From assembly GCA_020847075.1 (NCBI GenBank), contig JADLCS010000057.1:21052-85051 (forward strand): a stretch of 64,000 nucleotides of DNA, given 5' to 3'. Of this stretch, positions 55,647 to 64,000 are shown piece after piece; the first letter of the stretch is position 1, and every line of letters begins with the position of its first letter. Under the pieces are notes generated by a model that was not told the origin of the DNA, did not search any database, and saw only the letters and a program-made list of their open reading frames with translations. The translations under genes and the position numbers were made by a program. The stretch is from Gammaproteobacteria bacterium. Its GTDB lineage: Bacteria > Pseudomonadota > Gammaproteobacteria > SZUA-140.

Positions 55647-55839
55647 TCGGACGACGGAATCCCGTCGCCGGGCAGGGCGGTCTTTCATGTGAGTGAAGGC
55701 CATCTTCAATGGCTTATCCGGCGGTCATCAGGGCGTCCCCAAACATATGCGGATATCTCTTTAAAAAACTTGCAATTGATGGCGGTTTATATTAAACATG
55801 CCGCTATCGTTGAGAGGGTGGAATTCGGCGTTTTAAGGC

Positions 55840-57228
55840 ATGAAAAGATGGGTCGCCATAATGGTCATGGTCTGCGTACCCGCCGCCGCCTGGGCGGAGC
55901 GGGTCGCGATCGATGGCGTACGCGTCTGGCCGGCGCCCGATAACACCCGCGTCGTATTCGACGTGAGCGCCCCGGTCGAGTACAAGGTCGAGCGGCTGGT
56001 CAATCCGGACCGTCTGGTGCTCGACTTCACGAACGCGACGCTGGCCAAGACGGTGGAGCAGCCCGTCGCGACGGATACGATCATGAAATCGATTCGCCAC
56101 GCGAACCGGGACGGGGGCGTCCTGCGCGTCGTCCTCGATCTCAAGCAAAGGACCGAGTACAAGGCCTTTCTGCTCAAACCCAACGAAGAGTACGGGCATC
56201 GCTTGGTTTTCGATCTGTTCGGCCGCGAGCAGCAGGCCCAGCAGGCGCGGCTCGATCAGCTGGTGCAGCAGGCGCAGGCCCGGCCGGCCGACCCGGCGGC
56301 GAAGTCTCAGTCTGCACAGACCGCCGGTCCCGCGGTCAAGGCCGTCACCCCGCAGGTCCGGCCGCGCCCCATCGTGATCGCGATCGATGCCGGTCACGGC
56401 GGAGAGGACCCCGGCGCGCGCGGGTATTCCGGCATCTACGAGAAGGATATCGTGCTCGCGATCGCACGCCGCCTGCAGGCGATGGTGGATCGCGAGCCGG
56501 GCATGAAGTCGGTGATGACGCGCGACGGCGATTATTACCTGAGCCTGCGCAAACGCACCCTGAAGGCGCGCGACAGCCGCGCCGATCTGTTCGTCTCGAT
56601 CCATGCGGATGCCTTCCGCGATCGCAGCGTGCGCGGCTCCTCGCTCTATGTCCTGTCCCAGAACGGGGCGACCAACGAGGCGGCGCGCTGGCTCGCGGAG
56701 AAAGAGAACGCCTCGGACCTGATCGGCGGCGTCAGCCTGGACGACAAGGACAATCTGCTCGCCTCGGTGCTGCTCGACCTTTCGCAGACCGCGACCCTCC
56801 AGGCCAGCTTCGAGGCCGGTGACGCGGTCCTGCGCAATATGCAGCCCGTCTCCACCCTCCACAAGCATCAGGTTCAGCAGGCCGGATTCGTCGTGCTGAA
56901 ATCGCCCGATATCCCATCGATCCTGGTGGAGACCGCCTTCATCTCCAATCCGCAGGACGAAAAGAAGCTGCGCAGCCCGGAGCATCAGGAGCAGGTGGCG
57001 GGCGCGATCTTCGGCGGGATCAAGGATTATTTTTCCAAGCATCCGCCCGCCGGCACCCAGATCGCCGCGGTCAATCGCCGCCATACCATCTCGCCGGGGG
57101 AGACCCTGTCCGCGCTGGCCGCCCAGTACCGCGTCAGCATCGAACGCCTGCGCGCCGCCAACCGCCTCAAGAACGACCGCATCCGGGTCGGCCAGGTGCT
57201 GACCATTCCGGGCGACAACGAGGGTTGA
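55840..57228 (+). CDS. amiB: N-acetylmuramoyl-L-alanine amidase (AmiB/AmiC-type, N-terminal AMIN-like domain, C-terminal LysM)
   Basis: Amidase_3 core (IDAGHGGEDPGA, SIHADA) and C-terminal LysM (HTISPGETLSALAAQYRVSIERLRAANRL). Symbol assigned by synteny with E. coli tsaE-amiB-mutL. Confidence 0.7.
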   Translation: MKRWVAIMVMVCVPAAAWAERVAIDGVRVWPAPDNTRVVFDVSAPVEYKVERLVNPDRLVLDFTNATLAKTVEQPVATDTIMKSIRHANRDGGVLRVVLDLKQRTEYKAFLLKPNEEYGHRLVFDLFGREQQAQQARLDQLVQQAQARPADPAAKSQSAQTAGPAVKAVTPQVRPRPIVIAIDAGHGGEDPGARGYSGIYEKDIVLAIARRLQAMVDREPGMKSVMTRDGDYYLSLRKRTLKARDSRADLFVSIHADAFRDRSVRGSSLYVLSQNGATNEAARWLAEKENASDLIGGVSLDDKDNLLASVLLDLSQTATLQASFEAGDAVLRNMQPVSTLHKHQVQQAGFVVLKSPDIPSILVETAFISNPQDEKKLRSPEHQEQVAGAIFGGIKDYFSKHPPAGTQIAAVNRRHTISPGETLSALAAQYRVSIERLRAANRLKNDRIRVGQVLTIPGDNEG

Positions 57229-57346
57229 GACGGGCCTGGCCGGCCGGGACCGGTCTCGGTGCGGTATTCGCCCCCATGGACCGCGCGGCGTGCGCTTTGC
57301 TTTATAATGCGGACGGGATCCACCAACCGCCGGTCTGCCTCAGCGC

Positions 57347-59146
57347 ATGAGAATCCATCGACTCTCGACCCAACTCGCCAACCAGATCGCCGCCGGCGAG
57401 GTGGTCGAGCGGCCGGCCTCCGTGGTGAAGGAGCTGCTGGAAAACAGCCTCGATGCCGGCGCCGACGAGGTCGCCATCGATATCGAACAGGGCGGGCTGC
57501 GCCTGATCCGGGTCACGGACAACGGCGGCGGCATCCACCGGGACGATCTGCAACTGGCCCTGAGCCGGCACGCCACCAGCAAGCTCTCGGAACTCGACGG
57601 GCTGAGCCGCATCGCGACGCTCGGTTTCCGCGGCGAGGCGCTGCCGAGCATCGTCTCGGTCGCGCGGCTCGGTCTGGCGTCGCGCGAGGCCGGCGCGGCC
57701 TCCGCCTGGCGCGTCGACAACGACAGTCAGGGGAATCTCAGCGACCCGATCCCCGCCGCGCATCCGCCCGGCACCACGATCGAGGTGCGCGATCTGTTCT
57801 TCAACGTGCCCGCGCGGCGCAAGTTTCTGCGCAGTGAGCGCACCGAGTTCGGGCATATCGAGGAGGTCTTCCGCCGCGTCGCGATGAGCCGCTTCGACGT
57901 CGCGTTCCGCCTCAACCACAACAAACGCACGGTATACACCCTGCGGCCGGACGCCGGCGGCGCGGCGCGCGTCGCCGAGTTGTGCGGCCGTGAGTTCATC
58001 GAGCACAGTCTGGCGATCGCGGGAGAGGCGGGGGGGCTGCGTCTGCGCGGCTGGATCGGCCTGCCCACCCACTCGCGCGGCCAGTCGGACCTGCAGTATT
58101 TCTATGTCAACGGCCGCGTCATCCGCGACAGGCTGGTCAGCCATGCGGTGCGCCAGGCCTATCGCGACGTACTCTACCAGGGGCGCCATCCGACCTTCGT
58201 CCTGTATCTCGACATGCCGCCGGAAGAGGTCGACGTCAACGTGCATCCCACCAAGCACGAGGTGCGTTTCCGCGAGAGCCGTCTGATCTACGACTTTCTG
58301 TTCCACACCCTGCATCGCGCCCTGGCGCAGGATCGGCCGGGGGCGAGGGGGGAAGAGGCCGTTCCGGCCGCCGCCGTGACCGCTGCCCCGTCGCGCCTGG
58401 CGCCCGCGGCGGCCTACGAGAGCGTGCCGCGCGATCGCCAGCCCTCGTTTCCGTTCCGGGCGGCGGAGCCCGCGCCGCCGCATCTCTACGCTGCCCTGGA
58501 CGCCGCCGTGGCGGAGGCCGTGCCCGTAGTACCCGCGACCGCTCCCGCCGCGCCGTCCCCCGCCGGTTTTCTCGGCCGCCCCCTGGCGCAGATCCACGGT
58601 GTCTATATCCTGGCCGAAAATACCGAGGGCCTGGTGCTGGTCGACATGCATGCGGCGCACGAGCGCATCGTCTACGAGCGCATGAAGGCGACCCATCACC
58701 AGGGCGGCGTGCGTACGCAGCCGTTGCTGGTGCCGCTGACGATCAATCTGGCGACGCGCGAGGCGGCACTGGTGGAGGACCATCAGCCCCTGTTCGCGGA
58801 GCTGGGGCTGGAGGTGCAGCGTATCGCGCCCGAGGCGGTGGCGGTGCGGGCGATTCCGAGCCTGTTGCGCGAGGCCGACGTGGAAGGCCTCGTGCGCGAT
58901 GTCGTGGCCGACATCCATGTCCATGGCGACAGCGCACGCGTGCGCGAGCACCTGGACGAGATGTTCGCCACCATGGCCTGTCATGGCGCGGTGCGCGCGA
59001 ACCGCCGCCTCACCCTGCCCGAGATGGATGCCCTGCTGCGCGACATGGAGCGGACCGAGCGCAGCGGCCAGTGCAACCACGGCCGGCCGACCTGGATCCA
59101 GCTCGACATGAAGGAGCTGGACCGGTTGTTCATGCGGGGCAGATAA
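57347..59146 (+). CDS. mutL: DNA mismatch repair protein MutL
   Basis: GHKL ATPase motifs ([24 protein letters not shown]), C-terminal dimerisation domain. Confidence 0.9.
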   Translation: MRIHRLSTQLANQIAAGEVVERPASVVKELLENSLDAGADEVAIDIEQGGLRLIRVTDNGGGIHRDDLQLALSRHATSKLSELDGLSRIATLGFRGEALPSIVSVARLGLASREAGAASAWRVDNDSQGNLSDPIPAAHPPGTTIEVRDLFFNVPARRKFLRSERTEFGHIEEVFRRVAMSRFDVAFRLNHNKRTVYTLRPDAGGAARVAELCGREFIEHSLAIAGEAGGLRLRGWIGLPTHSRGQSDLQYFYVNGRVIRDRLVSHAVRQAYRDVLYQGRHPTFVLYLDMPPEEVDVNVHPTKHEVRFRESRLIYDFLFHTLHRALAQDRPGARGEEAVPAAAVTAAPSRLAPAAAYESVPRDRQPSFPFRAAEPAPPHLYAALDAAVAEAVPVVPATAPAAPSPAGFLGRPLAQIHGVYILAENTEGLVLVDMHAAHERIVYERMKATHHQGGVRTQPLLVPLTINLATREAALVEDHQPLFAELGLEVQRIAPEAVAVRAIPSLLREADVEGLVRDVVADIHVHGDSARVREHLDEMFATMACHGAVRANRRLTLPEMDALLRDMERTERSGQCNHGRPTWIQLDMKELDRLFMRGR

Positions 59147-59152
59147 GAAATC

Positions 59153-59290
59153 AGGACTAAGGACTAAGCGCTGGGTAAGAAATTGAAGATGGTATGCCGT
59201 TGTCTGCATCAGTACAGAGGGGACGGATTTGAAATCCGTCCCCGGTGTCAATTTCGACGATTATTTTAAGTTTTTTTAACTCAGTCCTTG
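59153..59290. repeat. Repeat element copy 2: AGGACTAAGGACTAAG ... hairpin-containing core ... ACTCAGTCCT
   Basis: Same terminal sequence as copy 1 directly after the mutL stop. Internal perfect hairpin GGGGACGGAT ttgaa ATCCGTCCCC (59219-59243) acts as a bidirectional terminator. Right end overlaps the stop of the small minus-strand ORF. Confidence 0.5.
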
Positions 59291-59481
59291 TTCATATTCT
59301 TCAGCGCCTTTCCGCTCTTTTCCAGCATCTCGCCGCTGGATTCCATCAGATCGCCGGCGATGTCCTTCCCCACGAACGGATTGGCGTAGAAATCCCGGCC
59401 CTTGCCGAGGTTGACGCCGAACCAGAGGCCGATGAGCAGGCCGATGACGAGGCCGAGGACGATGCTTTTGAACGTACCCAT
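59281..59481 (-). CDS. Small single-TM membrane protein, hypothetical (66 aa)
   Basis: Hydrophobic helix IVLGLVIGLLIGLWFGV. First gene of a minus-strand run. Stop codon lies inside the repeat terminus. Confidence 0.45.
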   Translation of the reverse strand: MGTFKSIVLGLVIGLLIGLWFGVNLGKGRDFYANPFVGKDIAGDLMESSGEMLEKSGKALKNMNKD

Positions 59482-59544
59482 GAATTACTCCCGGTAATGA
59501 GAAAAGGGTAATGAGTGATGCGAACCGCGATCACCCATTACCCA

Positions 59545-59874
59545 TCACCCATCACTCGCCCCAGAGTCGTCGGCGAGCATCTGCGCACGCCAGTGCACGA
59601 TGTGGCCGGGGGCGACCAGGGCGGCGAGGTGTTCCAGGATGGCGGAGACACGCGCCGGCGCATCGAAGAATTCCACCACCACCGGGAGGTCCAGCGACAA
59701 GTCGAGCAGCGAGGCCGTGTGCATGACGCCGGAGGGGCCGAAACCGGAGATGCCGCGGAAGACGGTGACGCCGCGCACCTTTTCCACGGTGTGCAACTGC
59801 TTGAGCAGAGGGCTCAGCTTGGCTTGCGCCTCGGTGAGATAGATCCGGACCACGGTGACCTCGACCGGCGTCAT
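59545..59874 (-). CDS. DUF190-domain protein (fluoride-associated, CrcB partner)
   Basis: About 110 aa, start overlaps the crcB stop (ATGA). This pairing with CrcB is common. Confidence 0.6.
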   Translation of the reverse strand: MTPVEVTVVRIYLTEAQAKLSPLLKQLHTVEKVRGVTVFRGISGFGPSGVMHTASLLDLSLDLPVVVEFFDAPARVSAILEHLAALVAPGHIVHWRAQMLADDSGASDG

Positions 59875-60245
59875 AGCTGCCTCCCGACGTAGAGTCCCAG
59901 CAGCGTGGCGGCGATGCATACCGTCACGCTGGCGACGATATTGAGAACGGCCTTGAGGTAATCGGCCTGACCCAGCAGCAGCGTGGTTTCCAGCGAGAAG
60001 GCGGAGAAGGTGGTGAAGCCTCCCAGGAATCCGGTGATCAGGGCCGCGCGCCATCCGATGTCGAAACCGCCGCGTTCCACCAGCAGGACGTACAGCAGAC
60101 CGATGACCAGCGAGCCCAGCACGTTGACGGCCAGCGTGCCGTAGGGAAAGCCGCGCCCGAGCAGGTGATGGGTGCCGATGGAGGTCCAGTAACGGAAGAC
60201 GGAGCCGACGGCGCCGCCGGCCGCGATTAATAGTACCTGATTCAT
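59871..60245 (-). CDS. crcB: Fluoride ion channel CrcB/FluC
   Basis: 124 aa, four TM helices, conserved GxxGGFTTFSTF-like motif (GFLGGFTTFSAF). Confidence 0.85.
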   Translation of the reverse strand: MNQVLLIAAGGAVGSVFRYWTSIGTHHLLGRGFPYGTLAVNVLGSLVIGLLYVLLVERGGFDIGWRAALITGFLGGFTTFSAFSLETTLLLGQADYLKAVLNIVASVTVCIAATLLGLYVGRQL

Positions 60246-60269
60246 ATATCCGTTCCCGGTCGGGAATGC

Positions 60270-61601
60270 TCACGACTTGTCATGCTTTTCGTCCAGCTCG
60301 CGCAGATGCGCCAGCTTTTCCGCGATCTTCGCCTCCAGACCGCGCGGCGCGGGCTGGTAATAACGCGGCCGGCCCATGCCGTCCGGAAAGTAGTTCTCGC
60401 CGGCGGCGTAGCCTTCCGCCTCGTCGTGAGCGTAACGGTAACCCTTGCCGTAGTCCAGTCCCTTCATCAGCGTGGTGGGCGCGTTGCGCAGTTGCAGCGG
60501 CACGTCGAGCGAACCGTACCGCCGCGCGTCCTGCAGCGCGGCGTTATAGGCCGTGTAGACCGCGTTGCTCTTGGCCGCGCAGGCGAGATAGACCACCGCC
60601 TGCGCCAGCGCCAGTTCGCCCTCGGGGCTGCCCAGTCGCTCCTGCACGTCCCATGCGCTCGTCGCCAGCGCGAGCGCGCGCGGATCGGCGTTTCCGATGT
60701 CCTCGCTCGCCATGCGTACGACGCGGCGGGCAATGTAGCGCGGATCACAGCCACCGTCCAGCATGCGGCACAGCCAGTACAGCGCCGCGTCGGGCGCGGA
60801 GCCGCGCACGGATTTGTGCAGGGCCGAGATCTGGTCGTAGAAGATGTCCCCGCCCTTGTCGAAGCGGCGGGTGCCGCCGGCGATCACTTCGTTCACCAAG
60901 GCGCCGGTCACGACCCGGCGTCCGTCGTGTTCGGGGGCGAGATCGGACAGGATTTCGAGCAGATTGAGCGCGCGGCGGGCGTCGCCGTCTGCCGCCAGGG
61001 CGAGGCGGTCGCGCTGTTCTCCGTCCATTTCCATACGCAGACCGCCGAGCCCGCGGAGGTCGTCGGCCAGCGCCCGGTCGAGGACGCGGCGCAACGCCGG
61101 CGCGTCGACGCTCTTCAGCACATAGACGCGCGCGCGGGAGAGCAACGCGTTGTTGAGTTCGAAGGAGGGATTTTCCGTGGTGGCGCCGATCAGGACGAAG
61201 GTGCCGTCCTCGACGTGGTGGAGCAGGGCGTCCTGTTGCGCCTTGTTGAAGCGATGTACCTCGTCGATGAATAAAACGGTGCGCCGGCCTTCCTCGCTCA
61301 GGGTGCGCTCGGCCTCGGCGACCGCGGCGCGGATCTCCTTGACCCCGGCGAATACCGCCGACAGGCTGATGAACGGCGCGCCGGCGCGCGCCGCCATGAG
61401 GCGCGCGAGCGTGGTCTTGCCGGTGCCCGGCGGTCCCCACAGGATCATGGAGTGGATACGCCCGGTCTCGATGGCGCGGCGCAGGGGTTTTTCGGGCCCG
61501 AGCAGATGGTCCTGTCCGGCCACGTCGTCCAGCGAGGTCGGGCGCATGCGGTCGGCCAAGGGCTGGAAACCGGCCTCCGGTTTCACGGCCTCGCTCGTCA
61601 T
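60270..61601 (-). CDS. rarA: Replication-associated recombination protein A (MgsA)
   Basis: AAA+ Walker [14 protein letters not shown], Walker [11 protein letters not shown], conserved C-terminal domains. ftsK-lolA-rarA synteny. Confidence 0.9.
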   Translation of the reverse strand: MTSEAVKPEAGFQPLADRMRPTSLDDVAGQDHLLGPEKPLRRAIETGRIHSMILWGPPGTGKTTLARLMAARAGAPFISLSAVFAGVKEIRAAVAEAERTLSEEGRRTVLFIDEVHRFNKAQQDALLHHVEDGTFVLIGATTENPSFELNNALLSRARVYVLKSVDAPALRRVLDRALADDLRGLGGLRMEMDGEQRDRLALAADGDARRALNLLEILSDLAPEHDGRRVVTGALVNEVIAGGTRRFDKGGDIFYDQISALHKSVRGSAPDAALYWLCRMLDGGCDPRYIARRVVRMASEDIGNADPRALALATSAWDVQERLGSPEGELALAQAVVYLACAAKSNAVYTAYNAALQDARRYGSLDVPLQLRNAPTTLMKGLDYGKGYRYAHDEAEGYAAGENYFPDGMGRPRYYQPAPRGLEAKIAEKLAHLRELDEKHDKS

Positions 61602-61646
61602 CGCGGTTTCCGGGTCGACGGTCGCATGCGGGGTCCGGCGCTGGTC

Positions 61647-62309
61647 TTATCCGTCGCCGACGACATCCACGCCGGCGGGCGGCGTGAATCTGAAGCGGTT
61701 CGGGTCGAGGGCGGGATTACGCTCGAGGCCGAGAAACCGGATGTTCATGGTCTGCCCGAAGCCATCGACGATCTCCATGGCGTAAAGCGTGTCCCGATCG
61801 AAGGCGAGACGGATGCGCGTGAAATTGGCGTCTTCCTGCCTGGGGTCGAGCTGGACCCAGGCGATATCGTCCTGCGGCGGCAGTTCGGTGATCATGAAGA
61901 GCTGGTCGAGCGGCTGCTCGGTGCTGAGCAGCAGCGCGGGCGTATTGCCGACGGCGGCGTCGAGCTTGGAGATCGTGACCTGGGTAAGATCGGGGTCATA
62001 TACCCACAGCTTGGCGCCGTCGGTGACGATGAGCTGCTGATAGGGTTCTTCATAGGTCCAGCGGAAGCGGCCGGGGCGCAGGATCTGCAGCCTGCCACGG
62101 GTCTGCTGGGTCGGCCGTCGCGCGTTGTCGGTGACGGTCTGTTCGAATCCCGTATCGAGGCCCTTGAGTCCGGAGAAGAAGCGGTCGAGACGATCGAGGC
62201 CGGGTCCCGCCGCGGCGGTCGGCGGGAGCAGGGACGCGCACAGCCATATCAGGCCAAGGCCCGGCAGACGCAGGAGCGCACGGACGACGGAGGTATGCGA
62301 GGCGCGCAC
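61647..62309 (-). CDS. lolA: Outer-membrane lipoprotein carrier protein LolA
   Basis: Signal peptide, FxQ...WYxxP-type LolA motifs (LDTGFEQTV, RFRWTYEEPYQQLIVTDG, KLWVYDPDL). Confidence 0.8.
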   Translation of the reverse strand: MRASHTSVVRALLRLPGLGLIWLCASLLPPTAAAGPGLDRLDRFFSGLKGLDTGFEQTVTDNARRPTQQTRGRLQILRPGRFRWTYEEPYQQLIVTDGAKLWVYDPDLTQVTISKLDAAVGNTPALLLSTEQPLDQLFMITELPPQDDIAWVQLDPRQEDANFTRIRLAFDRDTLYAMEIVDGFGQTMNIRFLGLERNPALDPNRFRFTPPAGVDVVGDG

Positions 62310-62311
62310 GG

Positions 62312-64000
62312 TCAGTCCGCAGGCGGCGGCGGGGCGAACACCTCGCGACTGCCGTTGGCCTCCAGGGGGCCCACGATGCCCGCCTTTTCCATCTCTTCCA
62401 CCATGCGCGCGGCGCGGTTGTAACCGATCTTGAGCCGACGCTGGACGCCGGAGATCGAGGCCTTGCGGGTTTCGGTGACGATGCGCACGGCCTGGTCATA
62501 GAGGGGATCGGTCTCCCCGTTCTCTTCGTCCCCGAAGCCGCCGCCACTGCCCTCGCCGTCGGTGTCCGCGGCGTGCAGCAGCTCGTCGAGATACTGCGGC
62601 TCGCCGGATTTCTTCAGGAACTCGACGACCTTGTGCACCTCATGGTCGTCGACGAAGGCGCCGTGTACGCGCGTCGGAACGCTGGTGCCCGGCGGCAGAT
62701 AGAGCATATCGCCATGGCCGAGCAGCGATTCGGCGCCCATCTGGTCGAGGATGGTGCGCGAGTCGATTTTGGAGGAGACCTGAAAGGCGATACGGGTAGG
62801 GATATTGGCCTTGATCAGGCCCGTGATGACGTCCACCGAGGGGCGCTGGGTGGCGAGCACCAGGTGGATGCCCGAGGCGCGCGCCTTCTGCGCCAGGCGG
62901 GCGATCAACTGCTCGACCTTCTTGCCGACGACCATCATCATGTCGGCCAGCTCGTCGATCATGACCACGATATAGGGGATGGGCTGCAGCGTCGCCGGCT
63001 CGGTACCCTCCGGCACCTTGGTGAACGGGTCCGGCAGCGGCTGCTTCTCCTCGATCGCCGCGGCGACCTTGCGATTGTAGTTGGCGATGTTGCGTACGCC
63101 GAGGTGCGCCATCAGCGCATAGCGCCGGTCCATCTCCGCCACGCACCAGCGCAAGGCGCCGGCCGCCTCTTTCATGTCGGTCACCACCGGCGTCAGCAGG
63201 TGCGGGATGCCCTCATAGATGGAGAGCTCCAGCATCTTGGGGTCGATCATGATCATGCGCATCTCGCTCGGAGACGCGTTGTAGAGCATGCTGAGGATCA
63301 TGGCGTTGACGGCCACCGATTTTCCCGAGCCGGTCGTGCCGGCGATGAGGAGGTGCGGCATCTTCGCCAGATCCACCACCACCGGACTCCCGCTGATGTC
63401 CTTGCCGAGGCCGAGGGAGAGCGGCGACGCCGCGTCGTCGTACTGCTTGGACTGCAGGATCTCGCTCAGGCGCACGATCTCGCGATGCTCATTGGGGATC
63501 TCGAGGCCGATCACCGATTTCCCCGGGATGACGTCGACGATGCGCACGCTCACGGTGGAGAGGGCGCGCGCCAGATCCTTGGACAGATTGCTGATCTGGC
63601 TCACCTTCACGCCGGGGGCCGGCTGCAGTTCGAAGCGGGTGATGACCGGACCCGGATTGACCGCGACGACCTGGACCTCGACGCCGAAGTCCTGCAGCTT
63701 GATCTCGACCTGGCGCGACATGGCCTCCAGCGTCGCGGTGGAGAGCGCGTGCTGGGACGGTTCGGCCGGGTCGAGCAGCGACAAGGGCGGCAACTCGCCA
63801 TTGGCGGGGGCGGTGAACAGGGTCGCCTGCCGCTCCTTTTCGACGCGCTCACTGGGCTCGATCTGCCGGATGACCGGTTCGATGCGCGGCGGTACGCGCG
63901 TCTTCTTCAGTTCCTGTTCCTCCTTGACGGCCTCGGAACGCTGCTGACGGAGCTGGCGCGCGCTCTTCTCCTCGCGCCACTGTCCGACCAGGTCCTGCAG
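62312..64000 (-). CDS. ftsK: DNA translocase FtsK, C-terminal motor and gamma domain (5' end beyond window)
   Basis: Walker A GTTGSGKS, RecA-like motor, C-terminal winged-helix gamma domain ([22 protein letters not shown]). Confidence 0.9.
   Translation of the reverse strand: MQDLVGQWREEKSARQLRQQRSEAVKEEQELKKTRVPPRIEPVIRQIEPSERVEKERQATLFTAPANGELPPLSLLDPAEPSQHALSTATLEAMSRQVEIKLQDFGVEVQVVAVNPGPVITRFELQPAPGVKVSQISNLSKDLARALSTVSVRIVDVIPGKSVIGLEIPNEHREIVRLSEILQSKQYDDAASPLSLGLGKDISGSPVVVDLAKMPHLLIAGTTGSGKSVAVNAMILSMLYNASPSEMRMIMIDPKMLELSIYEGIPHLLTPVVTDMKEAAGALRWCVAEMDRRYALMAHLGVRNIANYNRKVAAAIEEKQPLPDPFTKVPEGTEPATLQPIPYIVVMIDELADMMMVVGKKVEQLIARLAQKARASGIHLVLATQRPSVDVITGLIKANIPTRIAFQVSSKIDSRTILDQMGAESLLGHGDMLYLPPGTSVPTRVHGAFVDDHEVHKVVEFLKKSGEPQYLDELLHAADTDGEGSGGGFGDEENGETDPLYDQAVRIVTETRKASISGVQRRLKIGYNRAARMVEEMEKAGIVGPLEANGSREVFAPPPPAD

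Noticed and set aside
60245-60270. Fluoride riboswitch upstream of crcB
   Set aside because: Only 25 bp separate crcB from the rarA stop, so there is no room for the crcB-motif RNA.
1-64000. CRISPR arrays, rRNA, tRNA, transposases/integrases, prophage or restriction/defence genes
   Set aside because: Scanned both strands: no regularly spaced direct repeats, no rRNA/tRNA signatures, and no nuclease/helicase/transposase ORFs beyond housekeeping ones.

Overview
High-GC (about 64-65%) proteobacterial chromosomal segment with roughly 67 protein-coding genes, one unannotated structured RNA, and no rRNA, tRNA or CRISPR. Housekeeping blocks show conserved synteny: dnaX-ybaB-recR preceded by an SRP RNA (ffs) gene; queG-nnr-tsaE-amidase-mutL; ftsK-lolA-rarA. 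Accessory content: (i) a partial DegS/HtrA protease, lexA with a direct-repeat SOS-like box, a GGDEF cyclase, cbpA-cbpM, trxC, and a secreted-protein plus C39-like peptidase/TPR pair; (ii) a divergent formamidase (fmdA-fmdB) / Urt-like five-gene ABC transporter locus with back-to-back sigma54 promoters, palindromic upstream activator sites and an adjacent GAF-type sigma54 activator; (iii) a roughly 16-kb metal-acquisition island with three TonB-dependent receptors, three DUF4198 periplasmic proteins, a small acidic periplasmic protein, trkH, a Fur-family (probably Zur) regulator with a Fur-type operator, a Cys/His membrane peptide and a ZrgABCD-type (DUF2796 / ABC / FtsX / DUF3299) zinc uptake system; (iv) an ncgABC-nirK-nsrR nitrite-reductase cluster of the Nitrosomonas type behind a near-consensus sigma70 promoter overlapped by an NsrR-type dyad, with the ncgA signal peptide out of frame at a G4 run. 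Also present: conspicuous AT-rich intergenic islands with recurring motifs, a dispersed AGGACTAAG-ended repeat element (two copies, one overlapping the orn stop codon), several clear intrinsic terminators, and a few small unannotated ORFs. All calls are from reading the sequence and the ORF track; no database searches were run.
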